Positions 8,776 to 20,500 of a DNA stretch of 64,000 nt are shown one piece after another (the stretch's first letter is position 1; every line of letters begins with the position of its first letter). A program made the position numbers and the translations under genes. Source of the stretch: a virus; IMG/VR virus record IMGVR_UViG_3300010413_000017, positions 1-64,000 of that record. One strand, written 5' to 3'. The notes beneath the pieces were generated by a model. It was not told the origin of the DNA. It saw only the letters and a list, made by a program, of their open reading frames with translations, and made no database searches.

Positions 8776-11700
8776 ATGGCAGACGTTGCTGAACTTCGAC
8801 TTAGAATTAAAGCTCAAGCAGAACAGCTTCGCGAAGTACGTAGCCAGTTTAAGCTCTTACAGAAAGAGCTTCGAGCTTCGCAAAGCGCGTTTCAACAAGC
8901 CGCTGCTCAGGCCGAACGGTTTAAGGCTAGCGCTCAGAAAAGTCAGGCTCAAGTCCAAGCGCTCAGGCTCCAAATGAAGGGGCTAAACAACTCTATGCGT
9001 CAAAGTAAGGCGGCCTCAGAGGAGTTCAACAATAGCCTTTTGAAGTTTGGTCGTACCTTAGCCTCTTTTGCTGCCGTTTTTTACACGCTAAAGAATCTGT
9101 TAGGAGTTTTTAGGTATGGTATTGAGTTTAATAAGGTCATAGAAGACTCCAAAATTGGGCTGACAGCTTTGATTGCGGCAACTCATGACTACACAGACGC
9201 GACTGGGAAGACTGTAACAGGGATGACAGCGTTCAACGCCGCTCAAGAGGACGCAATCGGGCTACAGAAAGAGTTGAGAGTTGCGGCCCTGCGGACGGCG
9301 GCCACATATGAAGAGCTTGTTTATGCCCTCCAACAAGCCTTTGTACCTGCTACAGGAGCTGGGTTTCAACTAGACCAGTTGGTGGACTTTGCTCAACGTT
9401 TCGCTCAAATCATGCAAGTTGTAGGTATCCCGATGAACCAAATCGGGGAGGAGATGCGGAGCTTCTTAACAGCTACAGGTTCTCTGCGTACAACTCGAAC
9501 TTTGCCATTCTTTGAAGGACTTGGCTTGGGTCGCAAGGAAGTTAAAAAGCTGTTGGCCGAAGGCAAGCTTGCAGAAGAGTACTTTAAACGTACTTGGGCT
9601 GTTCAAATGATGGCGGCAGAGGCGTCTAAAACATGGACAGTATCCCTCTCAAACTTACAAGACGCTCTTCAGAATGTGATGGGGATTGGAACAGTAGAGA
9701 CGTTTGAGTTCCTAAAACAGACATTCTTGGATTTGACTAACTACGTGTTGCAGTATGATACGGCTACTCGGCACCTCTCTTTTAATCCAGCTGTGGTAGA
9801 CGCTGTCAGGGAACTCGATAGACGTATGGCTAACCTGCTTCTACGCACACGTGAGTTTATTGAAGCGCTAGCTAGGCTTAGAAACGAGTATCCTGTCGTA
9901 GCTCGCACAGCGTTTGAGATAGGTGACCTAGTCATCAATGTCGCGGCACTGGGGTTTGCATTCACAACAATTACTGGCTTTTTCAGATGGTTAGGAAGGA
10001 TGTCCTTTGTTAGACCATTCGAGATGGCGTACAACGCGTTCATGCGGTTTATTGCACTGTGGAAGAGATTGCCTGTTGTTGGGCGTGCTTCTCTTGTTGT
10101 GATAGGTGCTCTTTTAATCTATACGTTCAAAGACGCGATTGCAACTGTTGCACAGATGTTTTGGAACTGGCTAAAAGAGTTCCCCGTCTACGGTAAAACG
10201 ATTGGGGAGTGGGCCGAGGGCGTTAAACGTTATATTATTTTACAGTTCGCCAAGTTGGGGATTGACCTACCCGTTCTTTTGGAAAACATAGGATGGGCCG
10301 CCGGGAAAGCGTATAAAAAAGGTTGGGACGCGTCTGTTAAGGTCGAACAAATCAGGAAAGGTATAGTTCAGCGTGTTAAGGATTTTTATAGGTGGGAACT
10401 AGAAGGGGCTTTATGGATAATCGAAACTATAAAAAAGAAATTAACTGAGGCGTACCAGACGCGCCCTGATGTTGGGCAGTTACAACTTCCACGTATTAGC
10501 GCCACCCTTTTCGGTGTTGATGAGTTTGTAAGTGATGTTGAGACAGAGTGGGTTAGACTTAAGGACATCTGGAATGCTTTGTTGGAGGGATTGAAGACAA
10601 GCTGGGGGAACTTTACTAGTGCAGTAGAACGTGAGTGGGGAGACACCATTGATAGTTGGATTCGGGGTGTTAAACAGTTTGGAACTGATATGGTTAACTT
10701 GATTTGGCGGGCGTGGGAAGAGATAAAAAGCTGGCTTCCCTTTAGAATTCCTATAGAGTTGGATTTTTCTCTGCCAGATATTAACAAAATCATGGAACGT
10801 TCAAGGAAAGCTCTTGGATTAATGACTAAGGAGGAACAACAAAGAAAGATTGCTTCACTGAAGCCGATGGTGGGGCATGGCACAGAACTTGAGTACTTCA
10901 CAGGTCCTGAGCCGTTTTCTATGACGTGGACAGATTTGCTGAAAGGGCATGGATTGAAGCGTAAACCGAAGTCCGACGTAGGTCTAGGAGGGACAGGTGG
11001 AGGAAAAGGCGGAAAAGGCGGTGAAGCTGATAAAGAGAGTCGTCGTCTTCTGTCTTTGTATGACTCAATTTTGAAGCAATATTTAAGTCTCACTGAATCT
11101 ACATACGACGCAGAAGTTAGAAAACACAAAGAGATGATGGACAAAATCGTCGAAGGCAAAGAACGACAGGTAACGGCTGCGCAGGTAGTAGAGATGGAGG
11201 AGAAGCGTCATGCTGAAGCGGTTGCAAATATGCAACGTGATTACGACTTAATGGTTGCGAAGTCGTCTGGCGACAAGTTTGTAGAAATTGAGGAACAAGC
11301 CAAACAGTACATGGAGAAATGGGGGAACTTACAAGACAGAGATGTTGAAAAATGGGTTAAAGACTGGAAAACACGTCGAAAAGCCATGCTAGAGTTGGAG
11401 GGGCGCAACGATCTCCTTGCGGTCACAAATTCTATACTTAAGACCGCTGAAGACCTTACACCGAGTGTAAAGGCACAGTTAGACCTTCAGAAGCAACAAT
11501 TACTTGTCTCACAAGAAATTGAACGTAACGAGATGGAACGTAAGATTTTAAACGGTGACATAGATAAGACAATTAAAGATGAGTACCAGACACTTGTCCT
11601 TCAAAGGCAAGAACTAGAACGGCAAGTTCAGCTCCGTAAGGAATGGATGACCCAAGGTCCAATGGGCGGTATACGAGAAGGAATATACGAGAGAGTAGGA

Positions 11701-12702
11701 AAAGCAGATACATCGTCCGCGGAAGCAGCAAAAGAGTGGGTTTTGAGTCTGGAAGGGACAGTTACAGAGACAATTGCCGCCGGAATCGTTGGTGCCCTTA
11801 ACGGTTCTAGGACAGATTTCCAAAAGGTCGGGCGTGACATCGCTCAAGCTTTTGTTGAGCGCTCCATCAACATGTTGATGACTGAGTTGTGGAACGTCAT
11901 ATGGAGAGCTTTGGCTAACGCGTTCAATGCAACGATGCCAACGGCAGGCAACGCCATCACTCAGGCTACTACTACCGGTGGCCAAGTTTTGGTAACTTCC
12001 GGTATAAAAACAGGCGAGGCCATTTATCAGGGTTGTGCTAGAGGAGCAGCTGAATTTGACCGAGTGGTGGCCCAAGCCAACGTGAAAGGTGCGTCCAAGG
12101 GGATGTTCAAGAGTAGAGGTGGCGGAGGCGGGGCAGACGTTGAGGTCGAAGGCTTGCCCGGTGGAGATATTGCAGGGGCGAGACAGGCCGAGGGCGGCTT
12201 CTTCAAGGGATTTATTGACGGCTTTAAGAACATGTTTAAAACCATGTTCGATATGATGAAAAGTATGATGCAGGGACTAATGAAGATGCTTGGTGGGCTT
12301 TTAAAAAGCCTAGGTAACATCATCATGAAGCTTATCAGTAGCATAGTTAAAGGTATTGGTGGAATGTTCGGGGGTGGGATGCAATACGGTGGCTTTGTGA
12401 CAAGCCCGACTCTCGCTATGATAGGCGAAGCTGGTCCAGAGTTGGTTTTGCCTTTTAAGAAGGGAGGCAGAGGTAATATCAAACCGCTACCTGCCTATCT
12501 GGGTGATGGTGGAGATGTAAATGTCACAGTCATAAATGAAACAGGCGTCCCTGTCCAACCCGATGTTAAAATAAACGAGCGGGATATTATTGTTAGACTG
12601 AAACGTGAACTTGTGAGCGACATCAATCAGGGTGGAGACATTCCACGGGCGCTCAATCGCAACTATGTGATGAATCCAAGGCTGATGAGTAGGGGTGGAT
12701 AA
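8776..12702 (+). CDS. Tape measure protein (1308 aa)
   Basis: Long helical Ala/Lys/Glu-rich protein after the chaperones; C-terminal 'GG.V..PTLAMIGEAGPELVLP' motif. Confidence 0.9.
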   Translation: MADVAELRLRIKAQAEQLREVRSQFKLLQKELRASQSAFQQAAAQAERFKASAQKSQAQVQALRLQMKGLNNSMRQSKAASEEFNNSLLKFGRTLASFAAVFYTLKNLLGVFRYGIEFNKVIEDSKIGLTALIAATHDYTDATGKTVTGMTAFNAAQEDAIGLQKELRVAALRTAATYEELVYALQQAFVPATGAGFQLDQLVDFAQRFAQIMQVVGIPMNQIGEEMRSFLTATGSLRTTRTLPFFEGLGLGRKEVKKLLAEGKLAEEYFKRTWAVQMMAAEASKTWTVSLSNLQDALQNVMGIGTVETFEFLKQTFLDLTNYVLQYDTATRHLSFNPAVVDAVRELDRRMANLLLRTREFIEALARLRNEYPVVARTAFEIGDLVINVAALGFAFTTITGFFRWLGRMSFVRPFEMAYNAFMRFIALWKRLPVVGRASLVVIGALLIYTFKDAIATVAQMFWNWLKEFPVYGKTIGEWAEGVKRYIILQFAKLGIDLPVLLENIGWAAGKAYKKGWDASVKVEQIRKGIVQRVKDFYRWELEGALWIIETIKKKLTEAYQTRPDVGQLQLPRISATLFGVDEFVSDVETEWVRLKDIWNALLEGLKTSWGNFTSAVEREWGDTIDSWIRGVKQFGTDMVNLIWRAWEEIKSWLPFRIPIELDFSLPDINKIMERSRKALGLMTKEEQQRKIASLKPMVGHGTELEYFTGPEPFSMTWTDLLKGHGLKRKPKSDVGLGGTGGGKGGKGGEADKESRRLLSLYDSILKQYLSLTESTYDAEVRKHKEMMDKIVEGKERQVTAAQVVEMEEKRHAEAVANMQRDYDLMVAKSSGDKFVEIEEQAKQYMEKWGNLQDRDVEKWVKDWKTRRKAMLELEGRNDLLAVTNSILKTAEDLTPSVKAQLDLQKQQLLVSQEIERNEMERKILNGDIDKTIKDEYQTLVLQRQELERQVQLRKEWMTQGPMGGIREGIYERVGKADTSSAEAAKEWVLSLEGTVTETIAAGIVGALNGSRTDFQKVGRDIAQAFVERSINMLMTELWNVIWRALANAFNATMPTAGNAITQATTTGGQVLVTSGIKTGEAIYQGCARGAAEFDRVVAQANVKGASKGMFKSRGGGGGADVEVEGLPGGDIAGARQAEGGFFKGFIDGFKNMFKTMFDMMKSMMQGLMKMLGGLLKSLGNIIMKLISSIVKGIGGMFGGGMQYGGFVTSPTLAMIGEAGPELVLPFKKGGRGNIKPLPAYLGDGGDVNVTVINETGVPVQPDVKINERDIIVRLKRELVSDINQGGDIPRALNRNYVMNPRLMSRGG

Positions 12703-13724
12703 TGGGAGACAAAACCGACAATAATATTTTTTATAAGCCTGACTATAATGCAAGCGGGACCGGGGAAAAAGCCGCGTTTGACGCTGGGCTAGATATGGCG
12801 GACAAGATGATACTCCAAAGCGCTGCCCCCGGTGTTTTGGTTAATGGTAAACTGTCTGTTTCTTTTAGCTCAGGTACTTTGTATGTGGGTATCAAGACAG
12901 CTGACGGAGGAACTCCGTCTCCGACTAATCCCGTGTTTTGTAGGGTTGGGGCTAGGGTTGTAACAATAACTGCCGCCTTGGAGATGACAAAGACAGCCAG
13001 CGCATCGCTGGGGGCAGGCAACTCCTGGTTGCATTTGGCGCAACCTGCTATGAGTGGCTATGAAACGGACTTATTTGCCTATATAGGATATGATGAGATA
13101 GACGAAGAACCCACCCTATTTGTTTCGAGAAGTGGCTGGCACGACCGCCATGCTTTTAACTATGAAACCTCTGGGCACGGAGCGTTAACAAGCCAGACAT
13201 CTCTGCGTTCATATACAGGCGAAGAAATAGCAGTGTGCGGTAGATTTAATGCTATCCTAACGACTCCTAATGTTTGGTCGAGTCCTGCAACTCAAATTAT
13301 TATTCAAAAGCCGATTACTAACACACGTATGCTAGCGTGGAACCACATGATGTTTGCCCCCTATGGGGGGACCCTAGACCATACTTGGACTTTTTCCCTT
13401 TATCAAATGGAGGGTAAATTCTTTAACTACTATGTGTTCGGTTTCTTTGCCTATTCTGCGGCCCCTAACACATTAGCAAACTTCTTTGAGTTTACCTTGC
13501 CACTCTCATCTCAGTATCCAACTGCCTACATCTGGCAAGCGATGGGTAGGTACAAAGATTATGAAGCCGGTCCCGACCACGGAGTAGTGGTAGGTATATG
13601 TGAATATACAAACACACTACGTATTTGTAAACATACTTACGCGTCCTATAGCTTGGGAACTATTTTCCTAAGTTTTCATTTTAGACATTATATCCCAGGC
13701 ACTATAATTCACTTTGACTTATAA
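12702..13724 (+). CDS. Tail tip/receptor-binding protein, paralogue A
   Basis: Directly after TMP; high identity over its length to 13734-14753. Confidence 0.55.
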   Translation: MGDKTDNNIFYKPDYNASGTGEKAAFDAGLDMADKMILQSAAPGVLVNGKLSVSFSSGTLYVGIKTADGGTPSPTNPVFCRVGARVVTITAALEMTKTASASLGAGNSWLHLAQPAMSGYETDLFAYIGYDEIDEEPTLFVSRSGWHDRHAFNYETSGHGALTSQTSLRSYTGEEIAVCGRFNAILTTPNVWSSPATQIIIQKPITNTRMLAWNHMMFAPYGGTLDHTWTFSLYQMEGKFFNYYVFGFFAYSAAPNTLANFFEFTLPLSSQYPTAYIWQAMGRYKDYEAGPDHGVVVGICEYTNTLRICKHTYASYSLGTIFLSFHFRHYIPGTIIHFDL

Positions 13725-13733
13725 GGATGGGTA

Positions 13734-14753
13734 ATGGGCGACACAACTGAGAACAAAATTTTCTATAAACCAGACCACAATACCAGTGGAACTGGGGAGA
13801 AGGCATCTTTTGACGCTGGGTTAACATTGGCAGATAAGATGATTCTCCAAAGTGCTGCCCCAGGCGTTTTGGTCAACGGAAAACTAGCTGTCTCCTTTAA
13901 TTCCGGCACTCTATATGTAGGAATTAAAACAGCTGACGAAGGAACTCCGTCTCCGACCAATCCTGTATTTTGCAGAGTTGGAGCTAGGGTTGTAACAATA
14001 ACTTCTGCTCTAGAGATGAATAAAGCATCTAGTGGCCTAGGAGCAGGAAGTTCTTGGTTACATTTAGCACAACCTGCTACGAGTGGCTACGAGACAGATT
14101 TGTTTGCTTATATAGGATATGATGAAACAAACCAAGAGCCAATGTTGTTGGTTTCGAGAAGCGGATGGCACGACCGTCATGCTTTTAACTCCGAAACCTC
14201 TGGACGTGGTGCTTTAACCAGTCAAGCATCTTTAGCTACCTTTACAGGTGAAGATATTGCGGTATGTGGACGGTTTAATACCGTTCTTACTACGCCTAAT
14301 AATTGGTCTAGTCCGGCATCCCCATTGGTTGTCCAAAAACCCATTACCCAGACTCGTATGCTTAATTGGAACCCTATGTTTGTTGTCCCATACGGAGGTT
14401 CTCTGAGTCCCGGAACATATAACTTGGCTATTTACCAAATGGAAGGGAAATTTTTTAACTCTTATGTATTTGGTTACTTTAATTACTCAGCAGCCCCAAC
14501 TACCTTGGCAGACTATTTGGAACTTACCCTACCACATTCATCTCAGTCTCCAAATTTTTCTATTTGGCAAGCGCTGGGTAGGTACAGGGACTATGGGACG
14601 GGTGCTTATGGTATTGTGATAGGTATGTGTAGTGATACAAATACATGGCGGATACATAAGAGTGATTTAGCGTCATTCTCTCTTGGAACTATTTATTTGA
14701 GCTTTTATGTCCGACATTTTATTCCGGGTACTATATTTAAGTTTGACATATAA
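13734..14753 (+). CDS. Tail tip/receptor-binding protein, paralogue B
   Basis: Tandem duplicate of the previous gene (shared ADKMILQSAAPGVLVNGKL, SRSGWHDRHAFN). Confidence 0.55.
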   Translation: MGDTTENKIFYKPDHNTSGTGEKASFDAGLTLADKMILQSAAPGVLVNGKLAVSFNSGTLYVGIKTADEGTPSPTNPVFCRVGARVVTITSALEMNKASSGLGAGSSWLHLAQPATSGYETDLFAYIGYDETNQEPMLLVSRSGWHDRHAFNSETSGRGALTSQASLATFTGEDIAVCGRFNTVLTTPNNWSSPASPLVVQKPITQTRMLNWNPMFVVPYGGSLSPGTYNLAIYQMEGKFFNSYVFGYFNYSAAPTTLADYLELTLPHSSQSPNFSIWQALGRYRDYGTGAYGIVIGMCSDTNTWRIHKSDLASFSLGTIYLSFYVRHFIPGTIFKFDI

Positions 14754-15166
14754 TGGAAATTTGGCCTACGGCACTACCGAACTACCCTGACGACGGGGGG
14801 TTTACAGAGACTTTCAAGGCTAGCGCCTTTGTAAGTCCAATGGATGTCGGTCCACCTAAAGTCAGGCCTAGCGGAACTAAGTCTAGACAAATGGTATCTG
14901 CTAGTTATAAATTAACACGGTCGCAGATGCTTAGTTTTGATTTGTTTTTAAGCGATATTTCTGGTGGAGCGGACGCTTTTTATTGGCCACATCCACGACT
15001 TGCTCACTATGTAACAGCAAAAATGGTGAATACTCCAAATAGGAGCCATCTTCAATACCACTGGTATCAACTAAGCGTCGAGCTGGAAATTACAGACGCT
15101 ACTGACCCAGCTATCCTGTACGGCGCAGGTTGGTTTGTTAAGGGATGGTTTACGGATTGGTTCTAA
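14753..15166 (+). CDS. Distal tail (Dit/lambda gpM-like) protein, copy 1
   Basis: WPTALP, SPMDVGPPKVR and GGADAFYWPHP motifs. Confidence 0.7.
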   Translation: MEIWPTALPNYPDDGGFTETFKASAFVSPMDVGPPKVRPSGTKSRQMVSASYKLTRSQMLSFDLFLSDISGGADAFYWPHPRLAHYVTAKMVNTPNRSHLQYHWYQLSVELEITDATDPAILYGAGWFVKGWFTDWF

Positions 15167-15167
15167 G

Positions 15168-15548
15168 ATGAGCGGATACCCAACAGAAGAAGTGTGGCCT
15201 GCAAGTTTGCCCGTGAATCCTTTGATGTTTAACTACCAAGAGGATGTTTCTGACCAAGTTTTGAGGTCTGAATTTGAGTTAGGCCCAATCTCCATGCGTA
15301 GTAGAAGCGCGATGACCTTGACTCGTTTGGCAGTAACATTTGGCCTTACCCGAACCCAAGCAAATTCTCTGGTAAGCTTTTATGAGGATACTTTAGTTAG
15401 AGGTTCAAAGTCCTTTAGGTGGTATCATCCTAGAACAGGGGATGTGGTGGCCGCTCGATTTGTGTCACCACCCTCTCTAAGTGCGAAGTTTTTTGACTGG
15501 TACGAGGCTTCAGTTACACTTGAAACATTTTTATACATTGCGCCATAG
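15168..15548 (+). CDS. Distal tail (Dit/gpM-like) protein, copy 2
   Basis: WPASLP, RSEFELGP..MR and GSKSFRWYHPRTG motifs; ATG at 15168 preferred over the TTG at 15135. Confidence 0.7.
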   Translation: MSGYPTEEVWPASLPVNPLMFNYQEDVSDQVLRSEFELGPISMRSRSAMTLTRLAVTFGLTRTQANSLVSFYEDTLVRGSKSFRWYHPRTGDVVAARFVSPPSLSAKFFDWYEASVTLETFLYIAP

Positions 15549-15560
15549 GAGTAGCTAAAT

Positions 15561-16100
15561 ATGGCTTTTGAAACCAATACAGGTGTGAAGCGTTTTATGC
15601 GACTTGTGATGGACTCCACAAGTGCGACATATCCAGAGCGTATTACCTACCCACAGGATGTCTACGAGCATACGTCTACCCAGTTTTATACACAAGGTAC
15701 GGGTAATCAGCAATGTAATATGGGCCATCACATATATAGAAGTTTGCTGACTTTTTCTAATACGGATGTTAACCTATATGACTTAATATATTATCCAGAC
15801 AAATTTAATCGTAGAATACGATTCCAAACTATTAAGTGGATTTACATGAAGAACCACAGCGCTACATTATCTATAGATATTTTTCACGGCTCTGTGGCTG
15901 ATGTTTGGTCTAGTATGATTACTCCGTTTTCTGCTACCAGTGGAATAACTCTAGGGCCAAAGGGTGAATTCTTCATGTCTAAGCCCAATAGTGGTGGCAC
16001 AGTTTCGAGTGCGAATCGGAATATCAGAATAGTCAATTGGAGCCTATCAACAAGAGTGATGTTTGAAATGGCAATGGCTGGGCTTGGGACAATAATATAG
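15561..16100 (+). CDS. Tail-associated beta protein, paralogue A
   Basis: Shares ET..GVKR.M, G.GN.QCN.G.H.YRSL, KW.Y.KNHSAT and E.A.AGLGT with the next gene. Confidence 0.5.
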   Translation: MAFETNTGVKRFMRLVMDSTSATYPERITYPQDVYEHTSTQFYTQGTGNQQCNMGHHIYRSLLTFSNTDVNLYDLIYYPDKFNRRIRFQTIKWIYMKNHSATLSIDIFHGSVADVWSSMITPFSATSGITLGPKGEFFMSKPNSGGTVSSANRNIRIVNWSLSTRVMFEMAMAGLGTII

Positions 16101-16112
16101 GGGGACTGTGAC

Positions 16113-16658
16113 ATGACCATCGAAACTCATGTTGGAGTCAAACGGTACATGAAAACTACTGCTTGGGCGGGAGTCTCTTCTGGGACGCTTTCTACTCCTA
16201 CTGATGAATACGACAGAAATGACCTTTGGCAATACTACTCTAATGGAACTGGAAACTATCAGTGTAATGTAGGGACGCACGTATATCGTTCCTTGGCTCC
16301 ATCCCAAACCCGAAGTCAGGACTTATACAATACCTCGACAGTTTCAGCCTTTTGGACAAATTTTGGCCAGAAAGTTCGTTTCACTGCCGTCAAATGGTTT
16401 TACGTTAAGAACCACAGTGCAACGTATTCGATGAACATCTTTCTTGATGCTCCAGCTACAGGTGTTTGGACAAGTTTGATAACCCCCTTGGGAGCGGCTG
16501 GGTTTGAGCTTGAACCGCAGGCAGAGTTTTATGCGTCTAAGCCTGTAGATGGCTTCCCTGTGAGCGGGACTAACCGTTGGTTTAGTGTTAGTAATATTTC
16601 TTCAACTAGGTCGATTGCTTATGAGATAGCAATAGCTGGACTCGGGACTCTGATGTAA
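16113..16658 (+). CDS. Tail-associated beta protein, paralogue B
   Basis: Tandem paralogue of 15561-16100. Confidence 0.5.
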   Translation: MTIETHVGVKRYMKTTAWAGVSSGTLSTPTDEYDRNDLWQYYSNGTGNYQCNVGTHVYRSLAPSQTRSQDLYNTSTVSAFWTNFGQKVRFTAVKWFYVKNHSATYSMNIFLDAPATGVWTSLITPLGAAGFELEPQAEFYASKPVDGFPVSGTNRWFSVSNISSTRSIAYEIAIAGLGTLM

Positions 16659-17122
16659 TGGTTGATGATATCTTCAAACAAGAGGCGTTTAAGCAATCAA
16701 CAGACGAAGTCATCCTAGAGTTGATTACAGTTACACATGATGATTTCTCTGTTCCGCTTAGGCTTGTGCGAAACAATGAAAACATTACAAGCCAAGGAGA
16801 GACTTTTGTCGCTTCGCAGTTTGAGCTGACTTGGCCCCAAGATAAGGAAAGCGAAGTTCCACGAGCTAGGATTAGGCACCAAAATATTAGTAGAGAACTT
16901 GTTGCCGCTGTGAGAGGTGTACGCACTCCGCCACAGGTAACAATGCAGGTTATTTTAGCTTCGGACCCTAATACAGTACAGTTTGAAGTAACTGGCATGA
17001 CTATGGGACGAGTAGATTACGACGCTAATGTGCTAAGCTTTGAACTAAATTTTGAACTATTATCGCAAACTCAGTTTCCAGGTAAGACGTTTAATCCGGC
17101 AAAATGGATAGGCTTATTCTAG
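16658..17122 (+). CDS. DUF1833-family tail tip protein (gpL-like)
   Basis: QSTDEVILELITVTH...LRLVRNNENITSQG and FP...F.P..W.GLF motifs. Confidence 0.8.
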   Translation: MVDDIFKQEAFKQSTDEVILELITVTHDDFSVPLRLVRNNENITSQGETFVASQFELTWPQDKESEVPRARIRHQNISRELVAAVRGVRTPPQVTMQVILASDPNTVQFEVTGMTMGRVDYDANVLSFELNFELLSQTQFPGKTFNPAKWIGLF

Positions 17123-17508
17123 ACTTCGCAAATTCTGTAGTAGCAAAACCTGTGCCGTTTGTAGACAACGGCAGAACACAGGAAGGTTGGGATTGTTGGG
17201 GGCTTGTAGTATCTGCCTTTAAAATTATTGACATTGACCTAACTGCCTACGAAGAGGTTGCTACTAAAGACTTGAAACAGGCATATCTCACCTTGAGAGA
17301 GCAGGTGAAGCAATGGATTCCAGTACCTAGAGGAGAAGAGCAACCTTGGGATGTTATCCATTTGAGGCCCACGCATGTTGCCATTGTAGTGAAAAAGGGA
17401 GTGATGCTTCATACGATGGAAGGGGTCGGGACTTGCATTGTAAATTACAATAGCTATATGTGGGAAAAGCAGATTGAAGGAATTTACCGACATGCCAGAC
17501 TTAGCTGA
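17104..17508 (+). CDS. NlpC/P60 tail tip protein (gpK-like)
   Basis: PFVDNGR...GWDCWGLV and HVAIVV...MLH catalytic motifs. Confidence 0.85.
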   Translation: MDRLILDFANSVVAKPVPFVDNGRTQEGWDCWGLVVSAFKIIDIDLTAYEEVATKDLKQAYLTLREQVKQWIPVPRGEEQPWDVIHLRPTHVAIVVKKGVMLHTMEGVGTCIVNYNSYMWEKQIEGIYRHARLS

Positions 17509-20500
17509 GAAAAATCTAATCCAAGTTGTAGCTTGTCCGAATCCGTTCACCCTAGACAGAATGGAGTTTTGTGAAGAGGCGCGGCTAAGTCTACAAGAGA
17601 TTTTAGAGCAAGTCCAGCCCAAGGCCCATCTGCGTCGAAGAGCGCGTATTGCAGTTAACGGCGAACCCATCGACCCCGATGACTGGCCCTTTTTCTTTCC
17701 TGCTCCGGGTTCGTATATTGATATCCGGGTAGTTCCCAAAGCCCCAATAGCTGCTATTTTTATCGGTATAGCGGCTATTGCCGCACAAGCCGGTATTGCT
17801 GGGGCAGTTGCTGCTCCGTGGGGAATGTTGCTGGGGGCGTTAGCGGCTACGGTGATTTCCGTTGTAGGGTATTTGTTGTTGGGAGCATTCGTCAAGCCTC
17901 CTTCTCTACAAGGACCTGGGCAACCTGCAACTGAGTCTACTGAAGATACCCCAACTAGATACTTAACTGGTGCTAGGAATAGGGCTGTTCCCTACGGTGT
18001 CGTTCCTAGAGTCTACGGCAGGATTCGTATGACTCCTCCGCTAGCCGCTATGTATTACACAGAGTTGAGTAATGTTACCAGCGCCAACGCTATAGCTTAC
18101 AAGTGGAGACATTCGTCTGACTATTGGGCACCTACTCCTAAAACACAAACAAATCCAGATGAGTATTTAGCGCGTTCTCAGCATTTTCAAACTTCGTCAG
18201 GCGAGCGTACAGGTGAAGAGCAGTGGCTACGTATGTTAGTTACTTGGGGACTGGGGCCATTAGAAGTCACTGATATAAAGATTGCTGATACAGATTTGTA
18301 TGAATTTCAGGGTGTAGAATACGATTTCAGACCTGGGTATCACGAGGATAACCGAATCGGCCTATATACCAATGATTATTACGAAGAATCACTAAATATT
18401 GCTTTAACAAACGCTGGCGGGAGACAATATAGAACGACAGCAGATGATACAGATGAGTTTAGTATAGATATCGTCTTCAATGGACTGTATTCAATAGACA
18501 AGCAATACGGTGGGAAAAACCTTGTTAATGTTAGCTTCAATATTTGGTATCGTAAAGAAGGTACTACCAACGATGTTTGGGCAGGGGCACTGTCTGTTAC
18601 GTGCGCCAAGATGGGAGCCATTCGTCGTGGCTTTAGATTTATCTTACCTGAGCCTGGAAAATATACTATTGGAGTAGAGCGTACAACAGCGGACTCGGAC
18701 GACGAAAATGTAGTTGATGAATCCTATTGGGGCGCTCTACGGTCAGTTAAATACGAATATCCAGTTAAAGAGACAGGTGTTGCGTTATCGGCTGTCAGGA
18801 TTAAAGCTTCTGACCAGTTAAGCGGAGCGGTGGATGAGCTTAACGGAATAGCGTATAGTATTATCAGGGACTGGGACCGCTATTCTCAGCAATGGGTTAG
18901 ACGTAAAACAAAAAATCCAGCTTCTCACTATTTGCATATTTTGACAGATGAGGATGCAAATCCTGATGCTATACCTGACGCTAGGGTAGATTTTACCAGC
19001 TTACAAGAATTCCATGAGTTTTGCGAAGACAACGAGTTTGATTGTAATATTGTTTTCGATTCCAGAATCAGCGCCCAATCAGCTTTAGACTTAGTAGCCG
19101 CTTGTGGTCGAGCTGTTAGGGCGATGCCTTCCGGTAAGCACGGTGTTGTGATCGACAAACCGAGGGAAATTATTGCCCAACATTTTACTCCCAGAAACAG
19201 TTGGGACTTTAGTGCTAGCCAAGCATTCATCAACGAAGTACACGGTTTTCGTTGCCCATTCACAGACGAGAATAACAACTGGCAGGAAACTGAAGTCACT
19301 GTTTACGCCGATGGCTATAGTGAAAACAATGCAACCAAATTTGAAGAACTAAAGCTGGAAGGTATTACAAAATACGAACAGGTTTATAAACTGGCACGTT
19401 ATTACTTGGCGGTTGCTGAGTACCAGCGTGAGATTGTTACATTCAAATCCGATTTCGAGTATTTAACTTGCGAGAGGGGCAGTAGAATTGTCTTTTCGCA
19501 CGATGTGATGCTCATTGGGTTGAAAGCCGGCAGGCTGAAAGAGGTCCATACTAATCCCGTTTCGACATATGTTGATTGGCTCTACTTTGATGACCCTGTT
19601 ACTGTAGAACCTGGGAGTAGTTATAGTGTGCAAGTTAGGCTCTATGACGGCGAGTCGTTAATAATTCCTGTTACAAATCCAGCTACAACTAGTACAATTA
19701 CTGTAGACAATTTAGAGATAACAACTCCAATTAATCCTGCTATACAGACAGAACCCAGAGTAGGGGATTTGTTTTCTTTTGGGGAAAGTGGACTTGTTAC
19801 CCAAGAGCTTTTGGTATTAGGAATTGAGCCTCATCCAGATTTGACAGCGACGCTTACTTGTACTATTTACGACCCTGTTGTTTATACTGCGGCTGACGGG
19901 CCTATCCCTAAATATACTCCGAAAATCAGCGTTCCGGTAGAGTGGAACACACCTACCGTTGCTGGGATTTATTCAGATGGCTCTGTGCTCTATTGGGCTC
20001 AAGGTTCTTGGCAAAGCAGGATTTTGGTGACGTTTAGCTACCCACCTATCATGCCCGGATATTGGGGAATTGAGGGGCAGATTCGTCGGTATGGGGAGGA
20101 CGAAGGTTCGTGGCAGAGTGTGGAAGCCCCGCTGACAGAGGGAGAAATTAGTTTTAAAGACGTTGAGGATGGTAAGACATACGAGATGCGTTTTAGGTAC
20201 ATTAAAACTTCTGGATTTCGTCAAGGCATGCCTTGGACAGACTCAGTTACTCATACAGTTTTAGGTAAAACAGCACCGCCTGCTGATGTAACGGGTTTTC
20301 ATGTATACCAGGACCACGGCGTCGTTGTGCTAAAATGGTCTGAGGTCAATGAGCATGACCTCAAAGAATACATCTTAAAGTACGCTGGGGCAGGGTATGC
20401 GAATTGGGATACTGCCGGATACCTAACGACTGCCGCCAAGGGGACAAACAGGACAGATAAAAGCCTGCCCCAAGGGATATACGACTTTTTTATTAAAGCT

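Noticed and set aside
10386-12482. Long antisense ORFs within the tape measure gene (and similar ones elsewhere)
   Set aside because: Opposite-strand shadows of well-supported genes, with no motifs
12702-14753. Diversity-generating retroelement TR/VR pair
   Set aside because: No reverse transcriptase in the window; both copies are full genes and the differences do not look adenine-specific
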